Origin: Acutalibacteraceae bacterium
GTDB lineage: Bacteria; Bacillota; Clostridia; Oscillospirales; Acutalibacteraceae
DNA length: 64,000 nt
Assembly: GCA_045604525.1 (NCBI GenBank)
Contig: JAZUOH010000005.1
Location: forward strand, 53,648-117,647
Direction: 5' to 3'
This document shows, in pieces, positions 26,047 through 34,830 of the stretch (its first letter is position 1; each line of letters starts with the position of its first letter). The notes beneath the pieces are model-generated. The model did not search any database and was not told where the DNA came from. It saw only the letters and a list, made by a program, of their open reading frames with translations. A program made the translations under genes and the position numbers.

Positions 26047-27576
26047 ATGGATTTTAATGTCGATAAGCAACAGCTGTGCACCTGCAAAATTATTCGTGAA
26101 GCCAAGGCGGAGCAGGGGATTGACAGCGATATCACACTGCCCGATTACTGCCCCGATATCAAAAGCATACTGCGCTGCAGTATTGATGCCGGCGTGAATT
26201 CCGTAAATGTTACGGGTAACAGAATTACCGCCGAGGGCAATGCGCTTATACGCCTTGTTTATGTCAGCACTGAGGATAAGCTTGCTTGCTTTGAGCAGAA
26301 TTATCCTCTCAGCAAGTATGTTGAAATGAGCCCGATTACACCCGACTGCGAGGCGATTGCAAACGCAAAGGTGAGCTATGTGAATTGCCGTGCGGTAAGT
26401 CCGAGACGGGTTGACGTACACGGCTGTGTTGCCGTTATTTTTTCTTTGCTCTGCTGTGAAAGTACGGATTTTCTTTGTTCAGCTTCGGGTGCAGGGGCAC
26501 AGCTCAAGCTTGAGCCGATGAACACCTGCAGTGCGGTGGGCTGTGTGTCAAAGCTTTTCCAGATGAGCGAGGTTGTGCCCGTAAATTCATCGGGCTCAAA
26601 TATAAAAAGCATTATTCACTCTCACGCTCTGCCCGTAATTACTGAAACAAAAGCAGTCAGTAATAAGCTTTTGCTGAAAGGTGAGCTTCAGCTTAACGTT
26701 TCAATGTGCTGTGAGGACGGCAGTGTCGTGCATACAGACCACAGTATGCCGATAAGCCAGATTGTGGAACTGAGCGGCATAAATGACAGCTGTATATGTG
26801 AGGTTAAGTGCTGCACCTCTTCTCTCGATGTTCAGCTCAGACCCGATGAAAACGGCAATATGTGCAGTGTTGATGCCGCCGTATGTGTGCGTGCAGATAT
26901 CTGCGGTTATAAACAGCTCAGCTGTGCTTATGTTGAGGATATGTACTGCCTCAAAAGCGGTGTTGAACTCAAAACCTCTGCTGTTGAAACAAAGAGCTTC
27001 ATCGGTAACCTTGATGAAAACTTTCTTGTCACCTTTCAGCCTGATTTTTCGGGTGCAGAGGTCGGTGAGATTATAGATTCCTGGTGTGATAACGTTACCT
27101 GCGTTGGTGCAACTTCGCCGGACGGTGTTGAGCTTGGCGGCACGGTTACCCTTTGTGTGCTCTATCTTGATAAAGAGGGTAAGCCGGCACTTGCACAGCG
27201 TCAGAACGATTACCGCTTCAATAAGGATTATAATTCGTCCGGCGGCAGATTTGTGAGCGAATGCAGTGTCGATGCCTGCGGCGTATCTGTAAGCGGTAAG
27301 GGCAACAGCGTAAATGCACGTATTCAGCTTCGTGCACACGGCAGTGTGTTTGAAGCCTGCGGTGTTACCGCCGTTTCGTCGGCCGAGCTTACGGATGAAA
27401 ACACCTCTACTAAGCCGTCATGCGCAATAACGGTTTATTTCGGCGACAGCGGTGAGCGCCTCTGGGATATTGCAAAAAAATATAACACCTCGCAGGAAGC
27501 GGTGAGCCGACGTAATTCAATAAAAGGCGATATGCTTGAAAACGAAACAATGCTGATAATTCCGCAGGTAAATTGA
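26047..27576 (+). CDS. sipL: SipL-like spore morphogenetic protein (DUF3794-type N-terminal region plus C-terminal LysM)
   Basis: The C-terminal ITVYFGDSGERLWDIAKKYNTSQEAVSRRNSIKGDMLENETMLIIP is a LysM domain. The ~510-aa length and Cys-rich repetitive N-terminal region fit clostridial SipL as I recall it. The gene lies 15 nt upstream of spoIVA. The start is moved to ATG 26047, 7 nt after GGTGAGGT. Confidence 0.65.
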   Translation: MDFNVDKQQLCTCKIIREAKAEQGIDSDITLPDYCPDIKSILRCSIDAGVNSVNVTGNRITAEGNALIRLVYVSTEDKLACFEQNYPLSKYVEMSPITPDCEAIANAKVSYVNCRAVSPRRVDVHGCVAVIFSLLCCESTDFLCSASGAGAQLKLEPMNTCSAVGCVSKLFQMSEVVPVNSSGSNIKSIIHSHALPVITETKAVSNKLLLKGELQLNVSMCCEDGSVVHTDHSMPISQIVELSGINDSCICEVKCCTSSLDVQLRPDENGNMCSVDAAVCVRADICGYKQLSCAYVEDMYCLKSGVELKTSAVETKSFIGNLDENFLVTFQPDFSGAEVGEIIDSWCDNVTCVGATSPDGVELGGTVTLCVLYLDKEGKPALAQRQNDYRFNKDYNSSGGRFVSECSVDACGVSVSGKGNSVNARIQLRAHGSVFEACGVTAVSSAELTDENTSTKPSCAITVYFGDSGERLWDIAKKYNTSQEAVSRRNSIKGDMLENETMLIIPQVN

Positions 27577-27591
27577 GGAGGGAAAATAGCT

Positions 27592-29070
27592 ATGGAGAAT
27601 AAAAATATTTACAGCGATATTGCCGCAAGAACAAACGGCGATATTTATATAGGCGTAGTCGGCCCTGTAAGAACGGGCAAATCTACCTTTATCAAGCGTT
27701 TTATGGATGAGCTTGTTATTCCCAATATCGGGGATGAATCAAGAAAAAACCGCGCTAACGACGAATTGCCGCAGTCTGCTTCGGGCAGAACTATTATGAC
27801 TACCGAGCCGAAATTCATTCCCGAAGAGGCGGTTGAAGTCACTCTCGGCGGCGGAATCGGACTTAAAGTGCGAATGATAGACTGTGTCGGCTACATAGTG
27901 CCCGGTGCTGTCGGCTATATTGAAAACGAGCAGCCCAGAATGGTGCGAACACCGTGGTTTGATAAAGAAATTCCGTTCAATATGGCGGCAGAGCTCGGTA
28001 CAAAAAAGGTTATTGACGAACACTCTACAATCGGTATTGTGCTCACTACCGACGGCTCTATTGGTGAAATTGCAAGGGACGATTATATTGAGGCTGAAAA
28101 GCGTGTTATAGAAGAGCTGAAGGCTCTGAATAAGCCGTTTGTTGTGCTTCTCAATTCAGTTTCGCCCGATTCAACTAAAACCAAACAGCTTGCTTTGGAA
28201 ATGGCTGATACATACGGCGTACCCGTATTGCCCGTTAACTGCAAAACACTTACCGAGGAAGAGATAAAGGATATTCTGCGCCACGTTCTATTTGAGTTTC
28301 CGATAAAGCAGGTCGGCGTTGACCTGCCGGGATGGATGATGAGCCTTAACGATACGCATCCCTTGCGTATCGCTGTTGACGAGAGCGTTGCAAAGGCCGC
28401 ACAGAAATTGAAGCGTGTGCGTGATGTACCTGGCTTTGCAAAAAAACTGTGCGAGTGTGAATACCTTGCATCCGCAAAAGTGACATCAATGGATTTGTCA
28501 ACGGGCAGTGCGGTTGTTTCTGCAGTTGCAGAGCCTTCGCTGTTTTTTGATATTCTCAGCGAGGTTACGGGCACAAAAATAAAGAACGAGCAGGCTCTTA
28601 TGGATGAGCTGCTCGAACTTAATGAGATTAAAAAAGCATATTCAAGAATAAAAAATGCGCTTGATGAGGTTGAGGCGACGGGCTATGGCATAGTTATGCC
28701 AACCACTGAGGAGCTTACGCTTGCAGAGCCCGAAATTATGAAACAGGGCGGCAAGTACGGCATAAGGCTCTCTGCCTCTGCACCGAGTGTGCACATGATG
28801 CGTGCGAATATCACAACCGAGGTTGCGCCCATTGTCGGCTCAGAGTCGCAGAGCGAAGAGCTTGTAAGCTTCCTGCTCAAAGAGTTTGAGGAAGACCCGC
28901 TTAAAATCTGGCAGTCAAACATCTTCGGCAAGTCGCTCAATGAGCTTGTCAATGAGGGGCTTCGCAATAAGCTCGGCAGAATGCCGACGGATGCCCGTAT
29001 GAAGCTGCAGGAAACACTTGAGAAGGTAATAAACGAGGGCTGCAGCGGACTTATCTGTATTATTCTTTAA
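27592..29070 (+). CDS. spoIVA: Stage IV sporulation protein A (spore coat basement-layer ATPase)
   Basis: [31 protein letters not shown] (Walker A) and 492 aa, conserved along its length with the remembered SpoIVA. Confidence 0.95.
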   Translation: MENKNIYSDIAARTNGDIYIGVVGPVRTGKSTFIKRFMDELVIPNIGDESRKNRANDELPQSASGRTIMTTEPKFIPEEAVEVTLGGGIGLKVRMIDCVGYIVPGAVGYIENEQPRMVRTPWFDKEIPFNMAAELGTKKVIDEHSTIGIVLTTDGSIGEIARDDYIEAEKRVIEELKALNKPFVVLLNSVSPDSTKTKQLALEMADTYGVPVLPVNCKTLTEEEIKDILRHVLFEFPIKQVGVDLPGWMMSLNDTHPLRIAVDESVAKAAQKLKRVRDVPGFAKKLCECEYLASAKVTSMDLSTGSAVVSAVAEPSLFFDILSEVTGTKIKNEQALMDELLELNEIKKAYSRIKNALDEVEATGYGIVMPTTEELTLAEPEIMKQGGKYGIRLSASAPSVHMMRANITTEVAPIVGSESQSEELVSFLLKEFEEDPLKIWQSNIFGKSLNELVNEGLRNKLGRMPTDARMKLQETLEKVINEGCSGLICIIL

Positions 29071-29519
29071 CTTTTATGTTTCTGGACTTCGGCGACAGCG
29101 AGCGCATCACAACGCTCGTTTTCGCTGTGTCCGTTGTGACCCTTAATCCATACAAAACTGACTTCGTGCTTTGCAATTTCGCAAAGAAGCTCTTCCCAAA
29201 GGTCGGCATTAAGTGCCGGCTTTTTGTCTTTTTTGACCCAGCCGTTTTTTCTCCAGCTTTCTGCCCAACCCTTTGTAACCGAGTTATAAACATACTGCGA
29301 GTCGGTTGTAACCGTTACTTTGCAGGGATATTTCAGTGCCCTCAAGCCTTCAAGCACGGCGGTTATTTCCATTCTGTTGTTTGTGGTGTCTGCTTCGCCG
29401 CCAGAAAGCTCTTTTTCTGTGCCGTTACAGCGCAGTATCGTGCCCCAACCGCCGGGTCCCGGGTTGCCCGAGCACGCACCGTCTGCAAAAATATCTACTC
29501 TTTTGAGTTCATTACTCAT
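29067..29519 (-). CDS. rnhA: Ribonuclease HI
   Basis: [34 protein letters not shown] and W.KGH.G...NE..D.LA motifs. Confidence 0.9.
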   Translation of the reverse strand: MSNELKRVDIFADGACSGNPGPGGWGTILRCNGTEKELSGGEADTTNNRMEITAVLEGLRALKYPCKVTVTTDSQYVYNSVTKGWAESWRKNGWVKKDKKPALNADLWEELLCEIAKHEVSFVWIKGHNGHSENERCDALAVAEVQKHKS

Positions 29520-29648
29520 ATATTTTACCGTCCGTTTGATTAGTATAACTATTTTATCATCTTTTTTGTTTTCTTACAACACACTGCGGATATTTTTATT
29601 CATTTGTGTCTATAATCAACCTGTACATATATTCTAAGGAGTTTTATT

Positions 29649-30737
29649 ATGAAGTCATTTTGTGTTCTGAATCAAGCTTTGAATGAGAATGCGGGAAAGC
29701 TGGTCGGCTCTGCCGTGTGTGCCGCTATGGGCAAAAAAATCGGCATTATAAACAGCGCGGACGAGCAGGCCGGGGTTACGGCAGGGTTTCTGGCGGCAGG
29801 TATATCGGATTCAGGCGGCACAGCAGTAATGTTCGGTTGCTGTAATGAATCGAGAGTTGTTTTTCTCACTCGACGTTATGCCTTGTCTGCCTGCTTCTAC
29901 GTTTCGGGTGAAGCTTATATCAGCCTTTACGGTGCAGACGGTAAGCCCGTCGGCAGTGAGGAAGAAAAGCTTATTTCAGAGCTTGTAACTTCTGATTTAA
30001 TGTGTGAGGAAGTCGGCAGTATTGTTGAGGTGAGCTCGGATTCAGCTTATTTTTCATCTCTTGTTGAAGCATGCGGCAATCTTGAGGATATATGCGCTGA
30101 TATATCCTGCAATAATCAGTCGCTTTCTGCTTTAATCCGCCGTGCCTTTGCTGTAGCAGGCGGAACTCTGTTCTCAAAGCCTCGCTTTTTTATAAGTCGG
30201 TCGGGTACCTGTGTCAGCGCTTTTGATGAGCGTGGCGGCGTTCATACTCACGAAAACCTTTTGAGTATATGCTGTGCGCACAGCCTTATGAGCGGCCGGT
30301 CTGTCGAGTCAGGCTTTACGGCACCTCGCTGTCTTGACAAAATTGCAGAAAGCAATTCGGCTTGCCTTATACGAAGCTTCAACGGCGGCAGTGAGCTGTG
30401 GCAGAATGACGGCACTTTTCTGGTTGCACGGATTCTTTATCTTATGGCTGAAAAAGGGCAGGGGCTTGCAACGCTTGCCTCGGTTTTACCCGATTACGCT
30501 TCTTCACGCAGAGTGGTTTCGTCCGCTTTTTCTTCCGATGATATTGCAGACCTTATTGAATGTAACGAGCTTATAACAGACAGAGAACGCAGAATCTACG
30601 CACGTATGCATGATGGCGAGGTTTTAATTACACCCTGCCGCACTAACGGAACGTACTGTATGGAGATTATCGCTCAAAGCCGCACAGCCGCTTGCGAGCT
30701 TGCGGATGAGCTCTGCTTGACAATAGGTGAGAGTTAA
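29649..30737 (+). CDS. Phosphohexomutase (PGM/PMM/GlmM)-like protein with degenerate catalytic motifs
   Basis: It is colinear with the remembered GlmM, but the phosphoserine loop SASHNP is replaced by VSGEA, the Mg loop DGDADR by SRSGTC, and the phosphate-binding loop RPSGTEP by TPCRTNG. Confidence 0.5.
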   Translation: MKSFCVLNQALNENAGKLVGSAVCAAMGKKIGIINSADEQAGVTAGFLAAGISDSGGTAVMFGCCNESRVVFLTRRYALSACFYVSGEAYISLYGADGKPVGSEEEKLISELVTSDLMCEEVGSIVEVSSDSAYFSSLVEACGNLEDICADISCNNQSLSALIRRAFAVAGGTLFSKPRFFISRSGTCVSAFDERGGVHTHENLLSICCAHSLMSGRSVESGFTAPRCLDKIAESNSACLIRSFNGGSELWQNDGTFLVARILYLMAEKGQGLATLASVLPDYASSRRVVSSAFSSDDIADLIECNELITDRERRIYARMHDGEVLITPCRTNGTYCMEIIAQSRTAACELADELCLTIGES

Positions 30738-30910
30738 TATATAATTTATTTGTATCAATATGAATTTTTTCCGTCTTGGGCGTTAGGCGGATATATATAA
30801 ACTAAAATTACAGAAAGGATTTTTTGTGACACAATTTAAGGCAAATTATATTCAGTTAAAAGCTGTCGGTTAACCGATGGCTTGCTTTGCCGTAGTCACG
30901 TATACTGTTT

Positions 30911-32752
30911 ATGTCAGAAAAAAACATCGGCGGCGAGAAAGCCGCCAACGAAAAGAAGAAGCAGAATAAGGCTTCGAAATTTGCACGCTATTCACGTATT
31001 CCGCAAAAGCGCAATTCACAGGCACAGCAACCCAAGCCTCAGCGTCAGAAACAGCAGAGACCGCAGCGCCAGAAGCAGCAGAAGAAGGCAGAGAAAAAGC
31101 CTGTACGCATAGCCTTCCTCGGCGGTCTCAACGAGGTCGGTAAAAATATGACTCTCTATGAGTATGGCGAGAGTATGTTTATTGTCGATTGCGGACTTGC
31201 CTTCCCCGATGCAGACCTGCCGGGTGTTGACCTTGTGCTGCCCGATTTCTCTTATGTTGAAAAGAATATCGACAAAATCAAGGGCATTGTTGTCACTCAC
31301 GGTCATGAGGACCATATAGGCGGCCTTGCATACCTGCTTAAATCGGTGAATATTCCTATTTATTCCACAAAGCTCACAATCGGACTTATTCAGGGTAAGC
31401 TTAAGGAGCATAATCTGCTCTCTTCCGCAAAGCTCAACGTTGTAAAGCCGGGCGACCGTATAAGCTTAGGCGAATTTGAGGTTGAGCTTATTCACGTCAA
31501 TCACTCAATCCCCGATGCAGTTGCGCTTGCAGTGCGCTGTGACGGTGGCACTGTTGTGCAGATGGGCGATTTCAAAATTGATACAACCCCCATCGACGGT
31601 GAGCCGATTGACCTTGCTCGTTTTGCACAGATTGGTGCGGAGGGCGTACTCTGCCTTATGTCTGACTCGACAAATGCCGAGCGACCCGGCTATACCGAAA
31701 GTGAAAGCAAGGTTGGCGAATCGTTTGACCGCCTCTTCCACAGTGCAGGCAACCGCAGAATAATCGTTGCGACATTCGCATCCAATATCCACAGAGTACA
31801 GCAGATTATCAACAGTGCCGCTGCCTGGGGCAGAAAGGTTGCACTTTCGGGCAGAAGCCTTGAAAACGTTGTTGCAGTTGCAAAGGAGCTCGGTTATATC
31901 GATGTACCCGACGGTATAATTGTCAGCATTGATACGCTTCGCAATTACCCCGATGAAAAAATTGTTATCATAACTACGGGCAGCCAGGGTGAGCCTATGT
32001 CAGCACTGAGCCGTATGGCATTTTCTGACCACCGCAAGGTAGAAATAGGCCCGATGGATTATATCATAATTTCCGCAACACCCATTCCCGGCAACGAAAA
32101 AACAGTCGGTAAGGTTGTAAATGAGCTGATGAAGCTCGGTGCCGAGGTTATTTACGAAAAAATGTACGACGTTCACGTTTCCGGTCACGCTTGCCAGGAA
32201 GAGCTCAAAATGATTATGAGCCTTGTCAAGCCCAAGTATTTCATACCTGTTCACGGCGAGCAGAAGCATCTGCAAAAGCACAGAATTCTTGCTGAATCAA
32301 TGGGTATTGACAACAAAAATATTATCATTGCCGATAACGGAATTCTTGTCGAAATGAGCGATAACGGCATACGTGTTGCGGGCAGTGTGCCTGCAGGTAA
32401 GGTTTATGTTGACGGCTCCGGTGTCGGCGACGTTGGCAGTATTGTTCTGCGTGACCGTAAGCATCTCTCGCAGGACGGTATAATTATCGTCACCGCAAGC
32501 GTTGAAGCCGATACGGGCTATATCGTTTCGGGTCCCGAGGTTATAACACGAGGCTTTGTCTATGTCAAAGAATCGGAAGAGCTTATTGAGCAGGCAAAGC
32601 GCCTTGCTTACAATACGCTGGATGAGCGTCTTGGCAAGAATCCGTCCGATATTCTGGCGGCAAAAACCAGAGTCAGAGATGATATTTCACGCTTTGTTTT
32701 CGAAAAAACAAGAAGGAGCCCGATGATAGTACCGATTATTATGGAGGTGTAA
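30911..32752 (+). CDS. rnj: Ribonuclease J with a ~65-aa basic K/Q/R-rich N-terminal extension
   Basis: LGGL.E.GKNM, metallo-beta-lactamase motif THGHEDHIGG, beta-CASP and a C-terminal domain. There is no in-frame start nearer the conserved core. Confidence 0.9.
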   Translation: MSEKNIGGEKAANEKKKQNKASKFARYSRIPQKRNSQAQQPKPQRQKQQRPQRQKQQKKAEKKPVRIAFLGGLNEVGKNMTLYEYGESMFIVDCGLAFPDADLPGVDLVLPDFSYVEKNIDKIKGIVVTHGHEDHIGGLAYLLKSVNIPIYSTKLTIGLIQGKLKEHNLLSSAKLNVVKPGDRISLGEFEVELIHVNHSIPDAVALAVRCDGGTVVQMGDFKIDTTPIDGEPIDLARFAQIGAEGVLCLMSDSTNAERPGYTESESKVGESFDRLFHSAGNRRIIVATFASNIHRVQQIINSAAAWGRKVALSGRSLENVVAVAKELGYIDVPDGIIVSIDTLRNYPDEKIVIITTGSQGEPMSALSRMAFSDHRKVEIGPMDYIIISATPIPGNEKTVGKVVNELMKLGAEVIYEKMYDVHVSGHACQEELKMIMSLVKPKYFIPVHGEQKHLQKHRILAESMGIDNKNIIIADNGILVEMSDNGIRVAGSVPAGKVYVDGSGVGDVGSIVLRDRKHLSQDGIIIVTASVEADTGYIVSGPEVITRGFVYVKESEELIEQAKRLAYNTLDERLGKNPSDILAAKTRVRDDISRFVFEKTRRSPMIVPIIMEV

Positions 32753-32755
32753 GCC

Positions 32756-34720
32756 GTGTTGCGCTTTGTTAAGAACAATGCTTTTGTTCTGTGCATCTTC
32801 GCTGTCAGCCTTATTAACTGTGCGCTGACATTTTTCTACAATAAAACAGCGGCGCTGATTGAGCTTGCAATTGTGCTTATTCTTATTGTGCTCAGCTTTG
32901 TGAGCAATGCGGTTTCTTCAAAGCATTCGCATGAGCTTGTCAAAACCGTCAACTCTTCGCTCAGCTTCTCCGAAACACAGAAGCTGGCAGGCTTCCCTCT
33001 GCCTACACTCGTGTGTAATTCAAGCGGCAGAGTGCTGTGGTTCAGCCCGCTTTTTGAATCCCGTGTGCTTGACGGTATGCGCCTTGTAAACAGTGATGTG
33101 GAGCAGTTTCTGAGCGGCCAGACAGCGCAGGATATCGTAACGCACGACAGGCTTTATACCGATATATCAGACAGGTCTTATTCCGTTTATCCGTTCCCGA
33201 TTAAGTATAGGGAAGAGGACTGCTTTATTCTTATTTTCTCTGACGAAACGCAGATGAGAAAAACTTATTATGAATATACCATGTCACGCCCGAGCGTAAT
33301 GCTGATTTCGCTTGATAATATTGATGAGCTTATGCAGAATTTTTCGGACAGCGATGCTGATGCAATGCGAAGCAGAGCAGAAAAGCTTGTTGACGAATGG
33401 CTCAATGAATACGGCTGCGTTATACGTAAGCTCGGCGACGGCAGAATTATTGTCGTGTGTGAAGAGCGTGACCTTGTCGGAATGATTGAGCGCAAATTTG
33501 ATATTCTTGATAAAATACGTTCTTACGAGTATGACGGAAAGCTTGTCGGCTTGACACTTTCAATCGGTATCAGCAGGGGAGATACATTGCGTGAGGGCGA
33601 GAAAAATGCCAGACAGGCGCTTGATATGGCAATCGGCAGAGGCGGCGACCAGGCGGCAATACTCAAAAACGATTCTTATGAGTTCTTTGGCGGTATTTCA
33701 AAGGGCGTTGAAAAACGAAGCAAGGCACGCACCAGAATTGTAGCTTCCGCAATACAGAAGCTTATGGAAAGCAGCAGCGACGTGCTGATTATGGGCCACA
33801 GATTCTCAGACCTTGACTCTGTGGGCTCTGCGGCAGGTGTGCTTTGTGCGGCACGAAGCTTAGGCAAGGAGTCGAAAATCGTAATCAACCGTGATCAGTC
33901 GCTTGCAAAATCTTTGCTTGAGCTTATCGGCGAAAAATATGAGGATGCCTTTATTACGCCGAAAGAAGCGGAGAAAAGCGTACAGAAGAATACTTTGCTC
34001 GTTATCGTTGATACACATAGGGCAGAGGTGCTTGAAAGCGCAGAGGTTTACCGCAAGGCACAGACGGTTGTTGTTATCGACCACCACCGCAAAAATGTCG
34101 ATTTTATCAATAACAGCATTGTTTTTCAGCACGACCCAAACGCTTCTTCTGCAAGTGAAATGGTGTCGGAGCTGCTTCAGTATATGCCCGCAAAGCCTGT
34201 TATAACAGACTGCGAAGCAAATGCAATGCTTGCTGGCATTATGCTTGATACACGCAACTTTGCACTCAAGGCGGGTGTGCGCACGTTTGAGGCGGCGGCA
34301 TTTCTGCGCAGCCGAGGTGCGGATACCGTTAAGGTGCGCAGGCTGTTTATGAATAAAATGGAAAACTTCAAGCTTCGTAACGACGTTATTGACAGTGCGG
34401 AGGTGTATCGTGGCTGTGCAATAGCTTTTGCCGATATTGCTTCACCTGATATACGAACAATCACAGCCCAGGCGGCAGATGAAATGCTCAACATCGACGG
34501 AATAAAGGCATCCTTTGCAATGTTCGATTCTGACGGCACTATGAATATTTCCGCACGCTCGCTGGGCGAAATCAACGTTCAGGTTATTATGGAGCTTCTC
34601 GGCGGCGGAGGTCATCAGACAATGGCGGCGGGACAGCTTGCAGGCTGTGACAGAGAGACGGCAACCACCCGCCTTTTTGCCGCTGTTGATGAGTATTTTG
34701 AGAAAAACAAAAAAGCATAA
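32756..34720 (+). CDS. gdpP: GdpP-type cyclic-di-AMP phosphodiesterase (2 TM, PAS-like, degenerate GGDEF, DHH/DHHA1)
   Basis: Two N-terminal TM helices, then DHH motifs (GHRFSDLDSVGS, VIVDTH, VIDHHR) and DHHA1 GGGH. Confidence 0.85.
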   Translation: MLRFVKNNAFVLCIFAVSLINCALTFFYNKTAALIELAIVLILIVLSFVSNAVSSKHSHELVKTVNSSLSFSETQKLAGFPLPTLVCNSSGRVLWFSPLFESRVLDGMRLVNSDVEQFLSGQTAQDIVTHDRLYTDISDRSYSVYPFPIKYREEDCFILIFSDETQMRKTYYEYTMSRPSVMLISLDNIDELMQNFSDSDADAMRSRAEKLVDEWLNEYGCVIRKLGDGRIIVVCEERDLVGMIERKFDILDKIRSYEYDGKLVGLTLSIGISRGDTLREGEKNARQALDMAIGRGGDQAAILKNDSYEFFGGISKGVEKRSKARTRIVASAIQKLMESSSDVLIMGHRFSDLDSVGSAAGVLCAARSLGKESKIVINRDQSLAKSLLELIGEKYEDAFITPKEAEKSVQKNTLLVIVDTHRAEVLESAEVYRKAQTVVVIDHHRKNVDFINNSIVFQHDPNASSASEMVSELLQYMPAKPVITDCEANAMLAGIMLDTRNFALKAGVRTFEAAAFLRSRGADTVKVRRLFMNKMENFKLRNDVIDSAEVYRGCAIAFADIASPDIRTITAQAADEMLNIDGIKASFAMFDSDGTMNISARSLGEINVQVIMELLGGGGHQTMAAGQLAGCDRETATTRLFAAVDEYFEKNKKA

Positions 34721-34771
34721 TAAATTCTGTAACTATTTGTAACTGCTATATATTTGACTAAATAACAGAAA

Positions 34772-34816
34772 AATGATACAATACCCTTTGTTAAAGGTAT
34801 TGTATCATTCTTTTTA
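34772..34816 (+). terminator. Intrinsic terminator after gdpP
   Basis: 14-bp perfect stem AATGATACAATACC ... GGTATTGTATCATT, followed by TCTTTTTATT. Confidence 0.7.
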
Positions 34817-34830
34817 TTAGGAGCATTTTT

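Noticed and set aside
26701-27339. 212-aa minus-strand ORF inside the sipL-like gene. Similar shadow ORFs are at 53010-53651 (in the DUF512 gene), 37072-37728 (over trkA/trkH), 60676-61215 (in capA), 12707-13261 (in mutS), 6486-7227 (in iolE/iolD) and 45343-45888 (in the Na/Pi transporter)
   Set aside because: All are antisense to confidently identified genes, lack an RBS and lack recognisable domains.
30826-30873. 15-codon upstream ORF (GTG, after AAAGGA) in the RNase J leader. Also the 76-aa ORF at 30882-31112
   Set aside because: The mini-ORF is too short to judge from the sequence alone. The 76-aa ORF is an alternative frame of the RNase J basic extension (Arg/Ser-rich artefact).
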